Positions 1 to 10,733 of a stretch of DNA of 58,339 nt are shown here, piece after piece (positions within the stretch are counted from its first letter, which is position 1; the number at the start of each line of letters is the position of its first letter). The notes beneath the pieces are model-generated. The model worked only from the letters and a program-made list of their open reading frames with translations, was not told the origin of the DNA and made no database searches. The stretch covers positions 1-58,339 of the forward strand of contig JANOQV010000173.1 of assembly GCA_031414955.1 (NCBI GenBank), written 5' to 3'. Made by a program: the position numbers and the translations under genes. Source of the stretch: Pedosphaera sp. Lineage in GTDB: Bacteria > Verrucomicrobiota > Verrucomicrobiia > Limisphaerales > SIBH01.

Positions 1-1012
1 CCCGGTTCAACTTCTGCATCAGCGAGGTGTCCTTCATCGTCTCGCGCGTGATGTTGAGCGGCAGGTCTTCGCTATCGACCACACCTTTGAGGAAGCGCAG
101 CCAGTCCGGGAACAAGCCCTTGGCCTTGGCTTGAATGAGCACTTTGCGGCAGTACAGGTTCACCTCCGAATCAATGCGGCCCATGCCCAGCGTCTCGAAG
201 TTCCGCCCTGGCACGAAGAGCAGCGACTGGATGGCCAGCGGCGCGTCCGCCGTGAAATGCAGCCGGAAGATTGGCTTTTCGTGGTCGTGCCCGACGAAGG
301 TGTAGAACTCGTTGTATTCCTCCTCTTTGATGTCGTTTTTGTTCCGCGCCCAGATGGCCTGCACGGTGTTGAGCCGCTTGGTGTTCAACTCAAGGGGAAA
401 CGGCACAAAGCTCGAGTAGCGCTTGATGATGCGCTCGATGGTGTTCTCCTGCGCGAACTCCTTGGCCTCATCCTTCAACTCCAATGTGATCTTCGTGCCG
501 CGCGGCAGGTCGGCGGCGGGCGCGAGTTCATAGCCACCGCCGCCTTCGCTCATCCATTGCCAGCCCTGCTCCTCCGGCGTGAAGGATCGGCTCTGCACCG
601 TCACGCGCTTCGCCACCATGAAGGCTGAGTAAAAGCCCACGCCAAACTGCCCGATCAAACCCACGTCCGGCTTTTTGTCCTCGGCGAGTTGCTTGAGGAA
701 GGACTTCGTCCCCGAATGGGCAATGGTGCCGAGGTTCTCGACGAGTTCACCATGCGTCATGCCGAGACCGGTGTCGGTGATGGTGATGGTGCCCGCTTGG
801 TCGTCCGTGGTCACGGCGATGGAGGGCGCGAGGTCTGGTTGCTGGACAGCCTGGCCGGAAGATTGGGTGAAGCGCAATTTCTCGCACGCGTCCGCTGCAT
901 TGGAAATCAGTTCGCGGACAAAAATTTCCTTATCCGTGTACAGCGAGTGAATGACGATGTTCAGCAGTTGCTGAATCTCCGCCTGAAAGTGATGTGTTTC
1001 CGATTTGCTCAT
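1..1012 (-). CDS. htpG: Molecular chaperone HtpG (Hsp90), 5' part; runs off the window start
   Basis: Manual translation from ATG at 1012: MSKSETHHFQAEIQQLLNIVIHSLYTDKEIFVRELISNAADA, then DTGLGM...NLGTIAHSGT and LIGQFGVGFYSAFMVA. Not in the ORF track because the stop lies outside the window. Confidence 0.97.
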   Translation of the reverse strand, partial: MSKSETHHFQAEIQQLLNIVIHSLYTDKEIFVRELISNAADACEKLRFTQSSGQAVQQPDLAPSIAVTTDDQAGTITITDTGLGMTHGELVENLGTIAHSGTKSFLKQLAEDKKPDVGLIGQFGVGFYSAFMVAKRVTVQSRSFTPEEQGWQWMSEGGGGYELAPAADLPRGTKITLELKDEAKEFAQENTIERIIKRYSSFVPFPLELNTKRLNTVQAIWARNKNDIKEEEYNEFYTFVGHDHEKPIFRLHFTADAPLAIQSLLFVPGRNFETLGMGRIDSEVNLYCRKVLIQAKAKGLFPDWLRFLKGVVDSEDLPLNITRETMKDTSLMQKLNR

Positions 1013-1388
1013 GCGGGCGATTGCATAAGGAGCGCCGCCCGCAGCCGTCAAGGGGCGAACCTCTTTTTCGCCCACGCCGACGACACGCACGGACTGCGAC
1101 CGAATAAACCCGAGGTGCCATCTTTCCCTCGATTGTCTGGGCCACGTTCCAGCCGTGCTGTCTCCAGTTTGGGGCCAATTCTGAAAGCAGGAGCGGTTGC
1201 CGCATCCAGGTTGGGTTCCGTACGACGGAACCTATGCTCGGCGACGCCGTTGCTTGGCCCACCGTCGGCCAGGCCTTCATGCGGAGGCTCTGCGTGTCGT
1301 TCGTGACGGTCCGGGTGGTGAATGATTTTCATCCGTCGCGATTTGGCCTGGCACAGTTTTTCGGAGCGAAGATTTCCCAAAAAATCGC

Positions 1389-1406
1389 TTGTGAAAAATT
1401 TCACGA
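1389..1406. promoter_or_regulatory. Putative Rex operator upstream of the atp operon
   Basis: TTGTGAA-AAAT-TTCACGA, one mismatch to the Rex consensus TTGTGAA-N4-TTCACAA, about 100 bp upstream of atpB. Confidence 0.6.
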
Positions 1407-1502
1407 CTCGGCAATTTCGCGCACGCTTTTGGCCGGACGGCGAATACTCATCCGGTTTTGAGGCGGGGGAATTGGGGTTCCCCATCGGCATTTTCACAAC
1501 GC

Positions 1503-2369
1503 GTGAAGCATTTTCTTAAAGCAGCATTGGTGTCGGTGTTTCTCATGGGAACGCCGTTTTTGGCTGGGGCGGCGGAACATGGTGAGCATCATGGTCTGAC
1601 TCCAGATGCGGCTGTCTTTAATCTTGGCCCGCTCCAGTTCACGAATTCGATGGTGGTGACATGGGTAGTGGCGGCGCTCCTCATCCTCGTGGCGCAACTG
1701 GCGACCCGGAAGGTTCAGTTGGTGCCGCGCGGGTTGCAAAATTTCGTCGAGTGGCTGGTCGAGGGAATGTACGGCTTCTTCGAGGAGATTCTCGGCAAGG
1801 ACTTGGTCAAGAAGTCGTTCTGGTTTTTCTGCACCCTTTTCGTCTTCATTCTGTTCACCAATTGGTTCGGACTGATTCCTGGCGTGGGCACCATCACTTA
1901 TGGCGGGCAGCCGGTTTTACGCGGCGGCAACGCGGACCTGAACATGACGCTGGCGATGTCCCTGGTGTTTTTCGTGCTCTGGGTGTTCTGGTCCTTCCAG
2001 TCCCTCGGGTTGGTCGGTTTCCTTAAGCACATATTTTCTGGGGGCGACAACGGCAAGGGCGTCATGGCGCTGTTCATGATGGCCATATTCCTGTTTGTCG
2101 GGGTTATTGAAGTCATCTCCATTACGTTCCGTCCCGTCTCGTTGAGTTTCCGTCTCTACGGCAATGTTTTCGCTGGTGAAAACATTCTGGAGGCCATGAT
2201 GAATTTGGGTGGGACATGGTTCGGCTGGCTGCTGCCGCTGCCTTTTTACTTTCTGGAACTGCTCGTCGGCATTGTGCAGGCTCTGGTGTTCGCCCTTCTT
2301 ACCTCGGTGTTCACGGCCTTGATGGCCGGGCACCATGAGGGAGATCACCACAAAGAGCACGCGCACTGA
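1503..2369 (+). CDS. atpB: F0F1 ATP synthase subunit a
   Basis: VPRGLQNFVEW, NWFGLIPG, RPVSLSFRLYGNVFAGE (essential Arg), ELLVGIVQALVF. GTG at 1503 preferred over TTG at 1458. Confidence 0.97.
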   Translation: MKHFLKAALVSVFLMGTPFLAGAAEHGEHHGLTPDAAVFNLGPLQFTNSMVVTWVVAALLILVAQLATRKVQLVPRGLQNFVEWLVEGMYGFFEEILGKDLVKKSFWFFCTLFVFILFTNWFGLIPGVGTITYGGQPVLRGGNADLNMTLAMSLVFFVLWVFWSFQSLGLVGFLKHIFSGGDNGKGVMALFMMAIFLFVGVIEVISITFRPVSLSFRLYGNVFAGENILEAMMNLGGTWFGWLLPLPFYFLELLVGIVQALVFALLTSVFTALMAGHHEGDHHKEHAH

Positions 2370-2445
2370 GCGTTCAAACAATTTCGTCTGCCGGACCGTG
2401 GGCAAACTGCGGGGGTGGATGGGAAAAACACGAAAGGTAAATACT

Positions 2446-2694
2446 ATGTTCACTTCATTGTTGGCTGCGGTGGAACCCGGCGCGGTCGTCGAAGCCGCCG
2501 CGGGTCTCAAAGGAAGTCTGCACATCGGTCTGGCTGCCCTCGGGTCCGCCATCGGTGTGGGAATCATCGGCATGAAGGCCGCCGAAGCGACCGGACGCAA
2601 TCCGGGCGCGGCAGGTGCCATCCGCAACCAGGCGATCATCTTCGCCGCGTTGGCGGAAGGCGTGGTCTTCTTCGCCATCTTCCTGGCCAAGTAA
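2446..2694 (+). CDS. atpE: F0F1 ATP synthase subunit c
   Basis: GLAALGSAIGVG, GRNP loop, ALAEG ion-binding Glu. AAAGG SD-like site before ATG 2446. Confidence 0.97.
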   Translation: MFTSLLAAVEPGAVVEAAAGLKGSLHIGLAALGSAIGVGIIGMKAAEATGRNPGAAGAIRNQAIIFAALAEGVVFFAIFLAK

Positions 2695-2696
2695 TC

Positions 2697-2738
2697 TTGC
2701 GGGCGCGGAGTCGCAAGGCTCCGCGCCCTGCAACTTTT
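2697..2738 (+). terminator. Stem-loop after atpE (internal terminator or mRNA stabiliser)
   Basis: TTGC-GGGCGCGGAGTC-GCAA-GGCTCCGCGCCC-T-GCAA followed by CTTTT. Confidence 0.6.
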
Positions 2739-2753
2739 CGTAAGTAATTTTTT

Positions 2754-3302
2754 ATGAACCTGTATCCTGTTTTTGCTGCCGCCGCTGCCCCGGGCAATCC
2801 CGTAGCCGAAATTGCACATCAATTCGGCGTGACCTGGCCGTTGCTCATCTCGCAGATCGTCCTGTTCGTGATCGTGGCCCTGGCTCTGAAGAAGTTTGCC
2901 TACGGTCCCATCCTCAAGGTGCTCGAAGAGCGCCGCCAGACGATTGCCCAGAGCCTCGCCAACGCGGAGAAGATCAAACAGGAACTGGCCAGCGCGCAGG
3001 CCAAGTCGCAGGAGATTTTGAACCAGGCCAACGCGCAAGCAAACAAGCAGATCGAAGAAGCCCGAGCCGTCGCCGCCAAAGTCCAGGAGCAGGAAACGCA
3101 GAAGGCCATCGCTACCGCGAACCAGATTGTTGCCAAGGCCAAGGAAGCCAGCGAAGCAGAACTCGTGCGCATGAAGACCGAACTCCGCAAGGAACTCGTT
3201 CGTCTCGTCGCCGAAACCACGGCCAAGGTCAGTGGCAAGGTTCTCACGCTCGACGACCAGAAACGCCTCGCGGACGAAACGACGAAACAATTGGCGGCGT
3301 AA
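2754..3302 (+). CDS. atpF: F0F1 ATP synthase subunit b
   Basis: N-terminal TM helix, KKFAYGPILKVLEERR, Ala/Glu/Lys-rich coiled coil, operon position. Confidence 0.95.
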   Translation: MNLYPVFAAAAAPGNPVAEIAHQFGVTWPLLISQIVLFVIVALALKKFAYGPILKVLEERRQTIAQSLANAEKIKQELASAQAKSQEILNQANAQANKQIEEARAVAAKVQEQETQKAIATANQIVAKAKEASEAELVRMKTELRKELVRLVAETTAKVSGKVLTLDDQKRLADETTKQLAA

Positions 3303-3303
3303 A

Positions 3304-3355
3304 GGTGGCTGGTGTCGCGCTGCGACACCAGCGGTCGCAGCGCGACCGCCTCCGC
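3304..3355. repeat. REP-like palindrome doublet between atpF and atpH
   Basis: GCTGGTGTCGC-GCT-GCGACACCAGC followed by GCGGTCGC-AGC-GCGACCGC. The two loops are reverse complements of each other. Confidence 0.6.
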
Positions 3356-3365
3356 CAAAGACTGA

Positions 3366-3755
3366 ATGAAAATTAACAAGCAAGCCCGACGCGACGCGAA
3401 AGACCTCTTTCGCGCCACGCAGGTCAACGGCCTGTTGGACGAGAACAAGGCGCGTCAGGTCGTGGATGCCGTGCTGGCGGGCAAGCCGCGCGGCTACATC
3501 GGTATTCTCTCGCACTTTCAGCGCCTGCTGAAGCTCGACATCGCCCGCCGCGCCGCCCGCGTGGAGAGCGTGGTCGCGCTGGATGACGCGCAGCAGGGCA
3601 GCGTCAAGGCCGCGCTCTCGAAGCGTTACGGGGCCGGTTTGGATTTCACTTTCGCGCAAAACCCGGCCCTCATCGGCGGGATGCGCATCCAGGTGGGCAG
3701 CGATGTTTATGACGGCAGCATCCAGTCCCGGTTGGCGCAGCTTCAGGAAGTTTAA
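3366..3755 (+). CDS. atpH: F0F1 ATP synthase subunit delta (short form)
   Basis: C-terminal NPALIGGMRIQVGSDVYDGSIQSRL motif, operon position. Confidence 0.93.
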   Translation: MKINKQARRDAKDLFRATQVNGLLDENKARQVVDAVLAGKPRGYIGILSHFQRLLKLDIARRAARVESVVALDDAQQGSVKAALSKRYGAGLDFTFAQNPALIGGMRIQVGSDVYDGSIQSRLAQLQEV

Positions 3756-3764
3756 CGAATTTGT

Positions 3765-5294
3765 ATGAGTACACTATTGCAAGAAATTGAAGCGAAGATC
3801 TCCGGCGTGAAGACCGAGGTCTCGCGCCAGAACGTCGGCAACGTTCGTGAAATCGGCGACGGCGTGGCGAAGATCGAGGGTCTCACGGGCGCGATGCTCA
3901 ACGAGATGCTCGACTTCGGCAACGGCGTCACCGGCATCGCCCTCAACCTCGAAGAGACGGAAGTCGGCGCGATCATTCTCGGCGACTACACCTCAGTGAA
4001 GGAAGGCCAGGAGGTCAAGACGACCGGCAAGTTGCTCTCCGTGCCCGTCGGCAAAGGGTTGCTCGGTCGCGTGGTCAACACGCTCGGTCTGCCCGTTGAT
4101 GGCAAGGGGCCGATTGTTTCCGACGTTTCTTATCCGGTGGAGAAAATTGCGCCCGGCATCGTGAAGCGCAAATCGGTCACGCAGCCTTTGCAGACCGGCA
4201 TCATGGCGATTGACGCGATGATTCCGATTGGCCGCGGGCAGCGCGAACTCATCATCGGCGACCGTTCGACGGGCAAGACCACGATTGGCGTGGACGCGAT
4301 GATCAACCAAGCGCGCATCAACCAGAGCGAAGCCTCGAAGGAAAAGGGTTTTCGTCCGGTCTATAGCATCTACGTCGCGGTCGGTCAGAAGCAGTCCAGC
4401 GTGGCCCGCGTCATTGCGACGCTGGAGAAGGAAGGCGCGCTGCCCTACTGCATCGTCGTCGTGGCTTCCGCATCGGACTCCGCCGCCAACCAGTATCTCG
4501 CGCCCTTCGCCGGTGCGGCCATGGGCGAGTGGTTCATGGACAACGGCATGGATGCGTTGATCATTTTCGACGATCTCTCGAAGCAGGCCGTGGCCTACCG
4601 TCAGGTGTCCCTCGTGCTCAAGCGTCCGTCCGGTCGCGAAGCATATCCTGGCGACGTGTTCTATCTGCACAGCCGCTTGCTCGAACGCTCGGCGCGTGTC
4701 TCCGAGAATTACGGCAACGGCTCGCTCACCGCGCTGCCGATTATCGAGACTCAGGCGGGCGACGTGTCGGCCTACATCCCGACGAACGTGATTTCGATTA
4801 CGGACCGCCAGATCTATCTGGAAACGGATTTGTTCTATCAGGGTATCCGCCCGGCTATCTCGGTCGGTCTCTCCGTGAGCCGCGTCGGTTCCGCCGCGCA
4901 GATCAAGGCGATGAAACAGGTCGCCGGCAAGATCAAGCTGGACCTCGCGCAGTTTCGCGAACTCGCGGCCTTCGCGCAGTTCGGTTCCGACCTCGACGCC
5001 AAGACGCAGGCGCAGCTCGAACGCGGCAAGCGCATCGTCGAGCTGTTCAAGCAGAACCAATACAACCCGTTCCCGGTCGAAGTGCAGGCGGCGATCCTGT
5101 GGGCCATGCAGAACAACATGCTCGACGACGTGGCCGTCGATAAGGTGAAGGATTTCCAGGCCAAGATGACCGACTTCCTCAGCACCCGGAAAGCGGAGCT
5201 GCTCGGCAAGATTCGCGCCGAGAAGGCGTTCAGCGACGCGCTGGCCGCCGAGTTGAAGGCCGCGCTGACGGAGTTCAAGCAGACGTATCGGTAA
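3765..5294 (+). CDS. atpA: F0F1 ATP synthase subunit alpha
   Basis: [47 protein letters not shown]. Confidence 0.99.
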   Translation: MSTLLQEIEAKISGVKTEVSRQNVGNVREIGDGVAKIEGLTGAMLNEMLDFGNGVTGIALNLEETEVGAIILGDYTSVKEGQEVKTTGKLLSVPVGKGLLGRVVNTLGLPVDGKGPIVSDVSYPVEKIAPGIVKRKSVTQPLQTGIMAIDAMIPIGRGQRELIIGDRSTGKTTIGVDAMINQARINQSEASKEKGFRPVYSIYVAVGQKQSSVARVIATLEKEGALPYCIVVVASASDSAANQYLAPFAGAAMGEWFMDNGMDALIIFDDLSKQAVAYRQVSLVLKRPSGREAYPGDVFYLHSRLLERSARVSENYGNGSLTALPIIETQAGDVSAYIPTNVISITDRQIYLETDLFYQGIRPAISVGLSVSRVGSAAQIKAMKQVAGKIKLDLAQFRELAAFAQFGSDLDAKTQAQLERGKRIVELFKQNQYNPFPVEVQAAILWAMQNNMLDDVAVDKVKDFQAKMTDFLSTRKAELLGKIRAEKAFSDALAAELKAALTEFKQTYR

Positions 5295-5302
5295 GCCTGA
5301 AT

Positions 5303-5333
5303 CGTTTGATGTCACAATTTGTGATATCAAACG
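5303..5333. promoter_or_regulatory. 31-bp near-perfect palindrome, putative operator of the ORF6N gene
   Basis: CGTTTGATGTCACAA-T-TTGTGATATCAAACG with 1 arm mismatch. 24/27 identical to the palindrome inside the gene at 5549-5577. Confidence 0.7.
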
Positions 5334-5346
5334 CAACGATGTGTAT

Positions 5347-5922
5347 ATGGCCAACGAAGCAGCAATGACGCAGATCGAAGGGATGGATTCCCAAATCCAT
5401 CTTGTTCGTGGGCAGCGCGTTATGCTGGATTCGGACTTGGCGGCCATGTACGGCGTCTCGACCATGCGCTTGAACGAACAATTCAAGCGCAACCGGCAGC
5501 GTTTTCCGGCGGATTTTGCCTTCCAACTGACGCCGGACGAGCACACGGCTTTGATATCGCAATTTGCGATATCAAAGAAAGGTCGCGGTGGACGGCGCAA
5601 GCTGCCGTGGGTTTTCACTGAGCACGGTGCGATCATGCTTGCGGCCCACCTCAACAGCCAGCGTGCCGTCGAGATGAGCGTCTTCGTCGTCCGCGCCTTC
5701 GTGCAAATGCGCGAGGTGCTGCTGGGTAACAAGCAGCTCGCGGCAAAATTGGCGGCTTTGGAGGAACGCGTCGGCGGACATGACGCCGTGATTGCGGATT
5801 TGATCACAGCCATTCGCAAATTGCTCGAAGCCCCGGCGGAGGAGCAACCAAAGCGGGCGATGGGATTTCACATGCGCGAGGAAGCGCCGCCGTACCGGTA
5901 TAAAATTTCCCGTAAAAGATAA
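5347..5922 (+). CDS. ORF6N (KilA-N-like) domain DNA-binding protein
   Basis: IHLVRGQRVMLDSDLAAMYGV...LNEQFKRNRQRFPADFAFQLT...GGRRKLPWVFTEHGAIMLA...LNS, with C-terminal KRAMGF. Start at GTG 5341 or ATG 5347. Confidence 0.93.
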   Translation: MANEAAMTQIEGMDSQIHLVRGQRVMLDSDLAAMYGVSTMRLNEQFKRNRQRFPADFAFQLTPDEHTALISQFAISKKGRGGRRKLPWVFTEHGAIMLAAHLNSQRAVEMSVFVVRAFVQMREVLLGNKQLAAKLAALEERVGGHDAVIADLITAIRKLLEAPAEEQPKRAMGFHMREEAPPYRYKISRKR

Positions 5923-5924
5923 CC

Positions 5925-6803
5925 ATGCCCAGCACACGCGACATTCGCCGGCGCATCAAGTCGGTCAAGAACACCGCCCAAATCACCAAGGCGATGCAAA
6001 TGGTCGCTTCCGCCAAGATGCGGAAGGCGCAGCAGGCCGCCCTCTCGGGTCGCCCCTACGCCAAGTTGATGAACAACGTGCTCTCGGCCGTGTCGGCGGG
6101 CGCGGGTGATTTTTCCAATCCGCTTATCGAAGTGCGCCCGGTCACCAAGCGCGCGCTGATCATCATCAGCACGGACAAGGGGCTGTGCGGCGGGTTGAAC
6201 ACGAATCTGCTCCGCGAGGCGGCGAAGTACGACAAGGCCACCACCGTCCATGTCACGGCGGGACGCAAGGCTTCGCAGTTCGTCGCGCGCACCAAGCGCG
6301 AACTGGCGGCGGAGTTCACCTACAAGGACAACCCGGCGTTCGCCGAGGCGCGCGCCATCTCGCGGTTTGCCCAGGATCTTTTCACCAGCGGCAAGGTGGA
6401 TCAGGTGGACGTGCTCTACACGAATTTCATCAGCACCATGGTGCAGAAGCCGGAAGTCCGGCAGCTCCTGCCCATCCGCGAAATCACCGCGCTGGACGCC
6501 GACGTGCAGGGTGAAAGCACAGGTCAGGCGTTGGAGAAGAACACCACCGAATACCTCTTCGAGCCGGGCGCGGAAACCGTGTTGGGCAGTTTGCTCCCGC
6601 ACTACTTGAACTTTCAGGTCTATCAATTTCTGCTCGAAGCCAAGGCCTCCGAGCACAGTGCGCGCATGGTCGCGATGAAGAGCGCGACCGACAACGCCAA
6701 GCAGATGATCAAGGACCTGACGCTCGAATACAACAAGCTGCGCCAGGCCAACATCACGCGCGAACTTTTGGAAATCACCAGCGCGGCGATGGCGATGGGG
6801 TGA
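5925..6803 (+). CDS. atpG: F0F1 ATP synthase subunit gamma
   Basis: IRRRIKSVKNTAQITKAMQMV, DKGLCGGLN, ASEHSARMVAMKSATDNA, RQANITRELLEI. Confidence 0.99.
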   Translation: MPSTRDIRRRIKSVKNTAQITKAMQMVASAKMRKAQQAALSGRPYAKLMNNVLSAVSAGAGDFSNPLIEVRPVTKRALIIISTDKGLCGGLNTNLLREAAKYDKATTVHVTAGRKASQFVARTKRELAAEFTYKDNPAFAEARAISRFAQDLFTSGKVDQVDVLYTNFISTMVQKPEVRQLLPIREITALDADVQGESTGQALEKNTTEYLFEPGAETVLGSLLPHYLNFQVYQFLLEAKASEHSARMVAMKSATDNAKQMIKDLTLEYNKLRQANITRELLEITSAAMAMG

Positions 6804-6832
6804 TTGAATTGAGGAACCGGCGCGACTAGAAT
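6804..6832 (+). promoter_or_regulatory. Sigma70-type promoter of the TA cassette, probably giving a leaderless transcript
   Basis: TTGAAT-N17-TAGAAT, with ATG 6839 six nt after the -10 box and no SD. Confidence 0.65.
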
Positions 6833-6838
6833 CACGCC

Positions 6839-7029
6839 ATGACAGCGCTACTTGAAAAAGCACTGAATGAAGCGTCCGGTTTGCCGGAGGTGGAGCAGGA
6901 CAAGGTTGCGACCTTGGTTCTCGAAGAGTTGAGCCGGGCCAGAATACTGGCGGGAATCGAGCGCGGTGAGGCGGCTATTCGCGAAGGCCGGACCTGCACG
7001 CAGGCCGAAGCCAAAGAGCGCATGGCCCG

Positions 7030-7042
<13 letters not shown>
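6839..7042 (+). CDS. Putative type II antitoxin (ParD-like partner)
   Basis: 67 aa, ends in IERGEAAIREGRTCTQAEAKERMARWLK, overlaps the toxin start. Confidence 0.8.
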
Positions 7043-8824
<1,782 letters not shown>

Positions 8825-8891
8825 TTTCGGCCTTGCAAATGCTTTGCCCCCTTGCAATACACGCACAACGCATTAATTTCGCTAACCGTTT

Positions 8892-9071
8892 ATGAACACT
8901 CTGAAGACCTTGCCAACAAATGGACATTACAGTCTCCCTTCTGGACAAACCAAAGAATTGCATGCCCGTCTTGCCAAACTGTTTGAGTGCGCTCCCAAAG
9001 AGCGGGAAACTACCGGCAATGCCAAAAGCACCGTAGTACGACCTACCAAGATTTCAGCTTGGTGGAAGTAA
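8892..9071 (+). CDS. Small hypothetical protein (59 aa), possible antitoxin-like partner
   Basis: Manual translation MNTLKTLPTNGHYSLPSGQTKELHARLAKLFECAPKERETTGNAKSTVVRPTKISAWWK. Preceded by TTGCAA-N16-TAATTT (8852-8879). AT-richer than the flanks. Confidence 0.55.
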   Translation: MNTLKTLPTNGHYSLPSGQTKELHARLAKLFECAPKERETTGNAKSTVVRPTKISAWWK

Positions 9072-9101
9072 CATCCACAGCTCCATTTCAAGGCGCAACG
9101 A

Positions 9102-9701
9102 ATGTTGGATCTTCTCCTTCAAGACTCACTGCCGAGTGAGCAATCCCTCGCTGAGTCACTGGAAGGTTTTGTTGACCGGTGTTTGCGCTTGTACTATCTC
9201 GGAGGGGAAAAAAATGTTTTGATCGATGAGGATGACCTGAGAGGAGTTGCTGAAATTGGACTGCAGTACCTACTAAACCTCAAGACTCCGAGTGTCTTCA
9301 AAGTAGCTGCCGTTTTCACGTTGAGTTCTGCGAGCATCAAGCCCTTCAAGACACCTCTTCCAGAAGCGTTTAATCCGGTTCGCGCTGATACCAACATTGT
9401 TTTGGGGATTTTGGAGTCGTGCTATTGGCTTCACGGAGCAGACTTGCTCACACAAACAGGCAGGAGAAAAGTTACTTCACCGCTTGCGTTTTCTGACCAT
9501 TATTTCACAGAAATGATCCAGACCGTCTCGTTTGCTTGTCAAAGTTTCAGCGGCACATTTGGCGAGGCAGATGACAGATCGAAGGTGGGCTTGTTGGCTC
9601 TCGTTTACGAGGCCGTGGCATACAAGACAAATGGGCATGTTCCCTACGACACAAATCCGCTCGTAGATGTGGCCAAAGTTTATTACGACTTGCCTTTATG
9701 A
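9102..9701 (+). CDS. Hypothetical protein, possibly a degenerate Fic/Doc (Fido) fold
   Basis: 199 aa, AT-rich codon usage, stop overlaps the atpC start (ATGA). PSVFKVAAVF...IKPF...N...LHG spacing recalls Doc. Confidence 0.7.
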   Translation: MLDLLLQDSLPSEQSLAESLEGFVDRCLRLYYLGGEKNVLIDEDDLRGVAEIGLQYLLNLKTPSVFKVAAVFTLSSASIKPFKTPLPEAFNPVRADTNIVLGILESCYWLHGADLLTQTGRRKVTSPLAFSDHYFTEMIQTVSFACQSFSGTFGEADDRSKVGLLALVYEAVAYKTNGHVPYDTNPLVDVAKVYYDLPL

Positions 9702-10096
9702 AACTGGAAATCGTGACGCCCGAAGGCGTGACTTACTCCGAGGACGTCGAGATGGTGACGCTGCCCGGCAGCGAAGGTGAAATGGGCATCTATCCGAATC
9801 ACGTTTCGCTGATGACGCAAGTCGCCGCCGGCGAAGTGACCGCGCGCCGCCAGGGTCGTGATGAATGGGTGGCCGTGGGCGATGGTTTTGTGGAAATCAC
9901 CGGCGAACGCGTGGCGATTCTCACGGACATGGCGGTGAAGGCCGAGAACATCGACGAGGTAAAGGCCGAGGAAGCCCGCAAACGCGCCGAAGCCCGCCTG
10001 AGCGAGAAACTCGATGATGAGGAAACCGCCATGGTGAGCGCCGCGCTGGCGCATTCTCTGGCGCAGTTGAAGGTCAAACGCCGGACCCATAGTTAG
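9698..10096 (+). CDS. atpC: F0F1 ATP synthase subunit epsilon
   Basis: MKLEIVTPEG, LPGSEGEMGIYPNH, GFVEI, AEEARKRAE. Confidence 0.97.
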   Translation: MKLEIVTPEGVTYSEDVEMVTLPGSEGEMGIYPNHVSLMTQVAAGEVTARRQGRDEWVAVGDGFVEITGERVAILTDMAVKAENIDEVKAEEARKRAEARLSEKLDDEETAMVSAALAHSLAQLKVKRRTHS

Positions 10097-10117
10097 TCCG
10101 CCGAAACCATTTCAGAC

Positions 10118-10153
10118 AAAGGCGCGGATAGCTCCATCCGCGCCTTTCCTTTT
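10118..10153 (+). terminator. Rho-independent terminator of the atp operon
   Basis: AAAGGCGCGGAT-agctcc-ATCCGCGCCTTT followed by CCTTTT. Confidence 0.8.
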
Positions 10154-10733
10154 AACGGGCCTTTCCGTTCCCACTCCTGTCTGAATCCAGGATCATTCCT
10201 CCTTGCCGCTCTGCATTGACGTTGGCCCTGTGAACGGCCCGCACAATACGTCATCTCTGGCGCGGGATAGAATTTCCAAAACCACGGGTTTGCATTTTGG
10301 CTTTGAAGCCGCCCTCTGGGCCGCAGCAAACTCCACTGATTCTCTCGCCCTCGCTGCATGAACAATAAATCTCTCACCGAAGCCAACTCGAACAGGCCCA
10401 GATCTGCTGCTGGCTGGAGGACACGGGCATGGTGTTAAATGGACTGCGTTGGTCGGCCTCGGCCTACCGCCTCGATCTGGACGCCCCGCCATTGAAACCG
10501 GCGGCGGGAGAGTAGGGCGGGGAACGATTTTTGCCACGTATGGAACACGGATAAGGGGAGAACTGGGCGGGCGACTCAATGCCCGGACAGGATTGCCATC
10601 CAGTTCTTCCGCTCGATACGGCCAAGAGGCGTGCCAGCTCTCGCCTCATCCGTGTCCAGCCGTAGTTCAATTTCCGTCCCGCCTTCTTTCCATTTGTCTC
10701 CCGCGCCGTTTGTCACCACATTGGCGGCACAGA

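Noticed and set aside
1348..1363. Sigma54 promoter upstream of atpB (TGGCACAGTTTTTCG)
   Set aside because: The -12 element is CG rather than the required GC.
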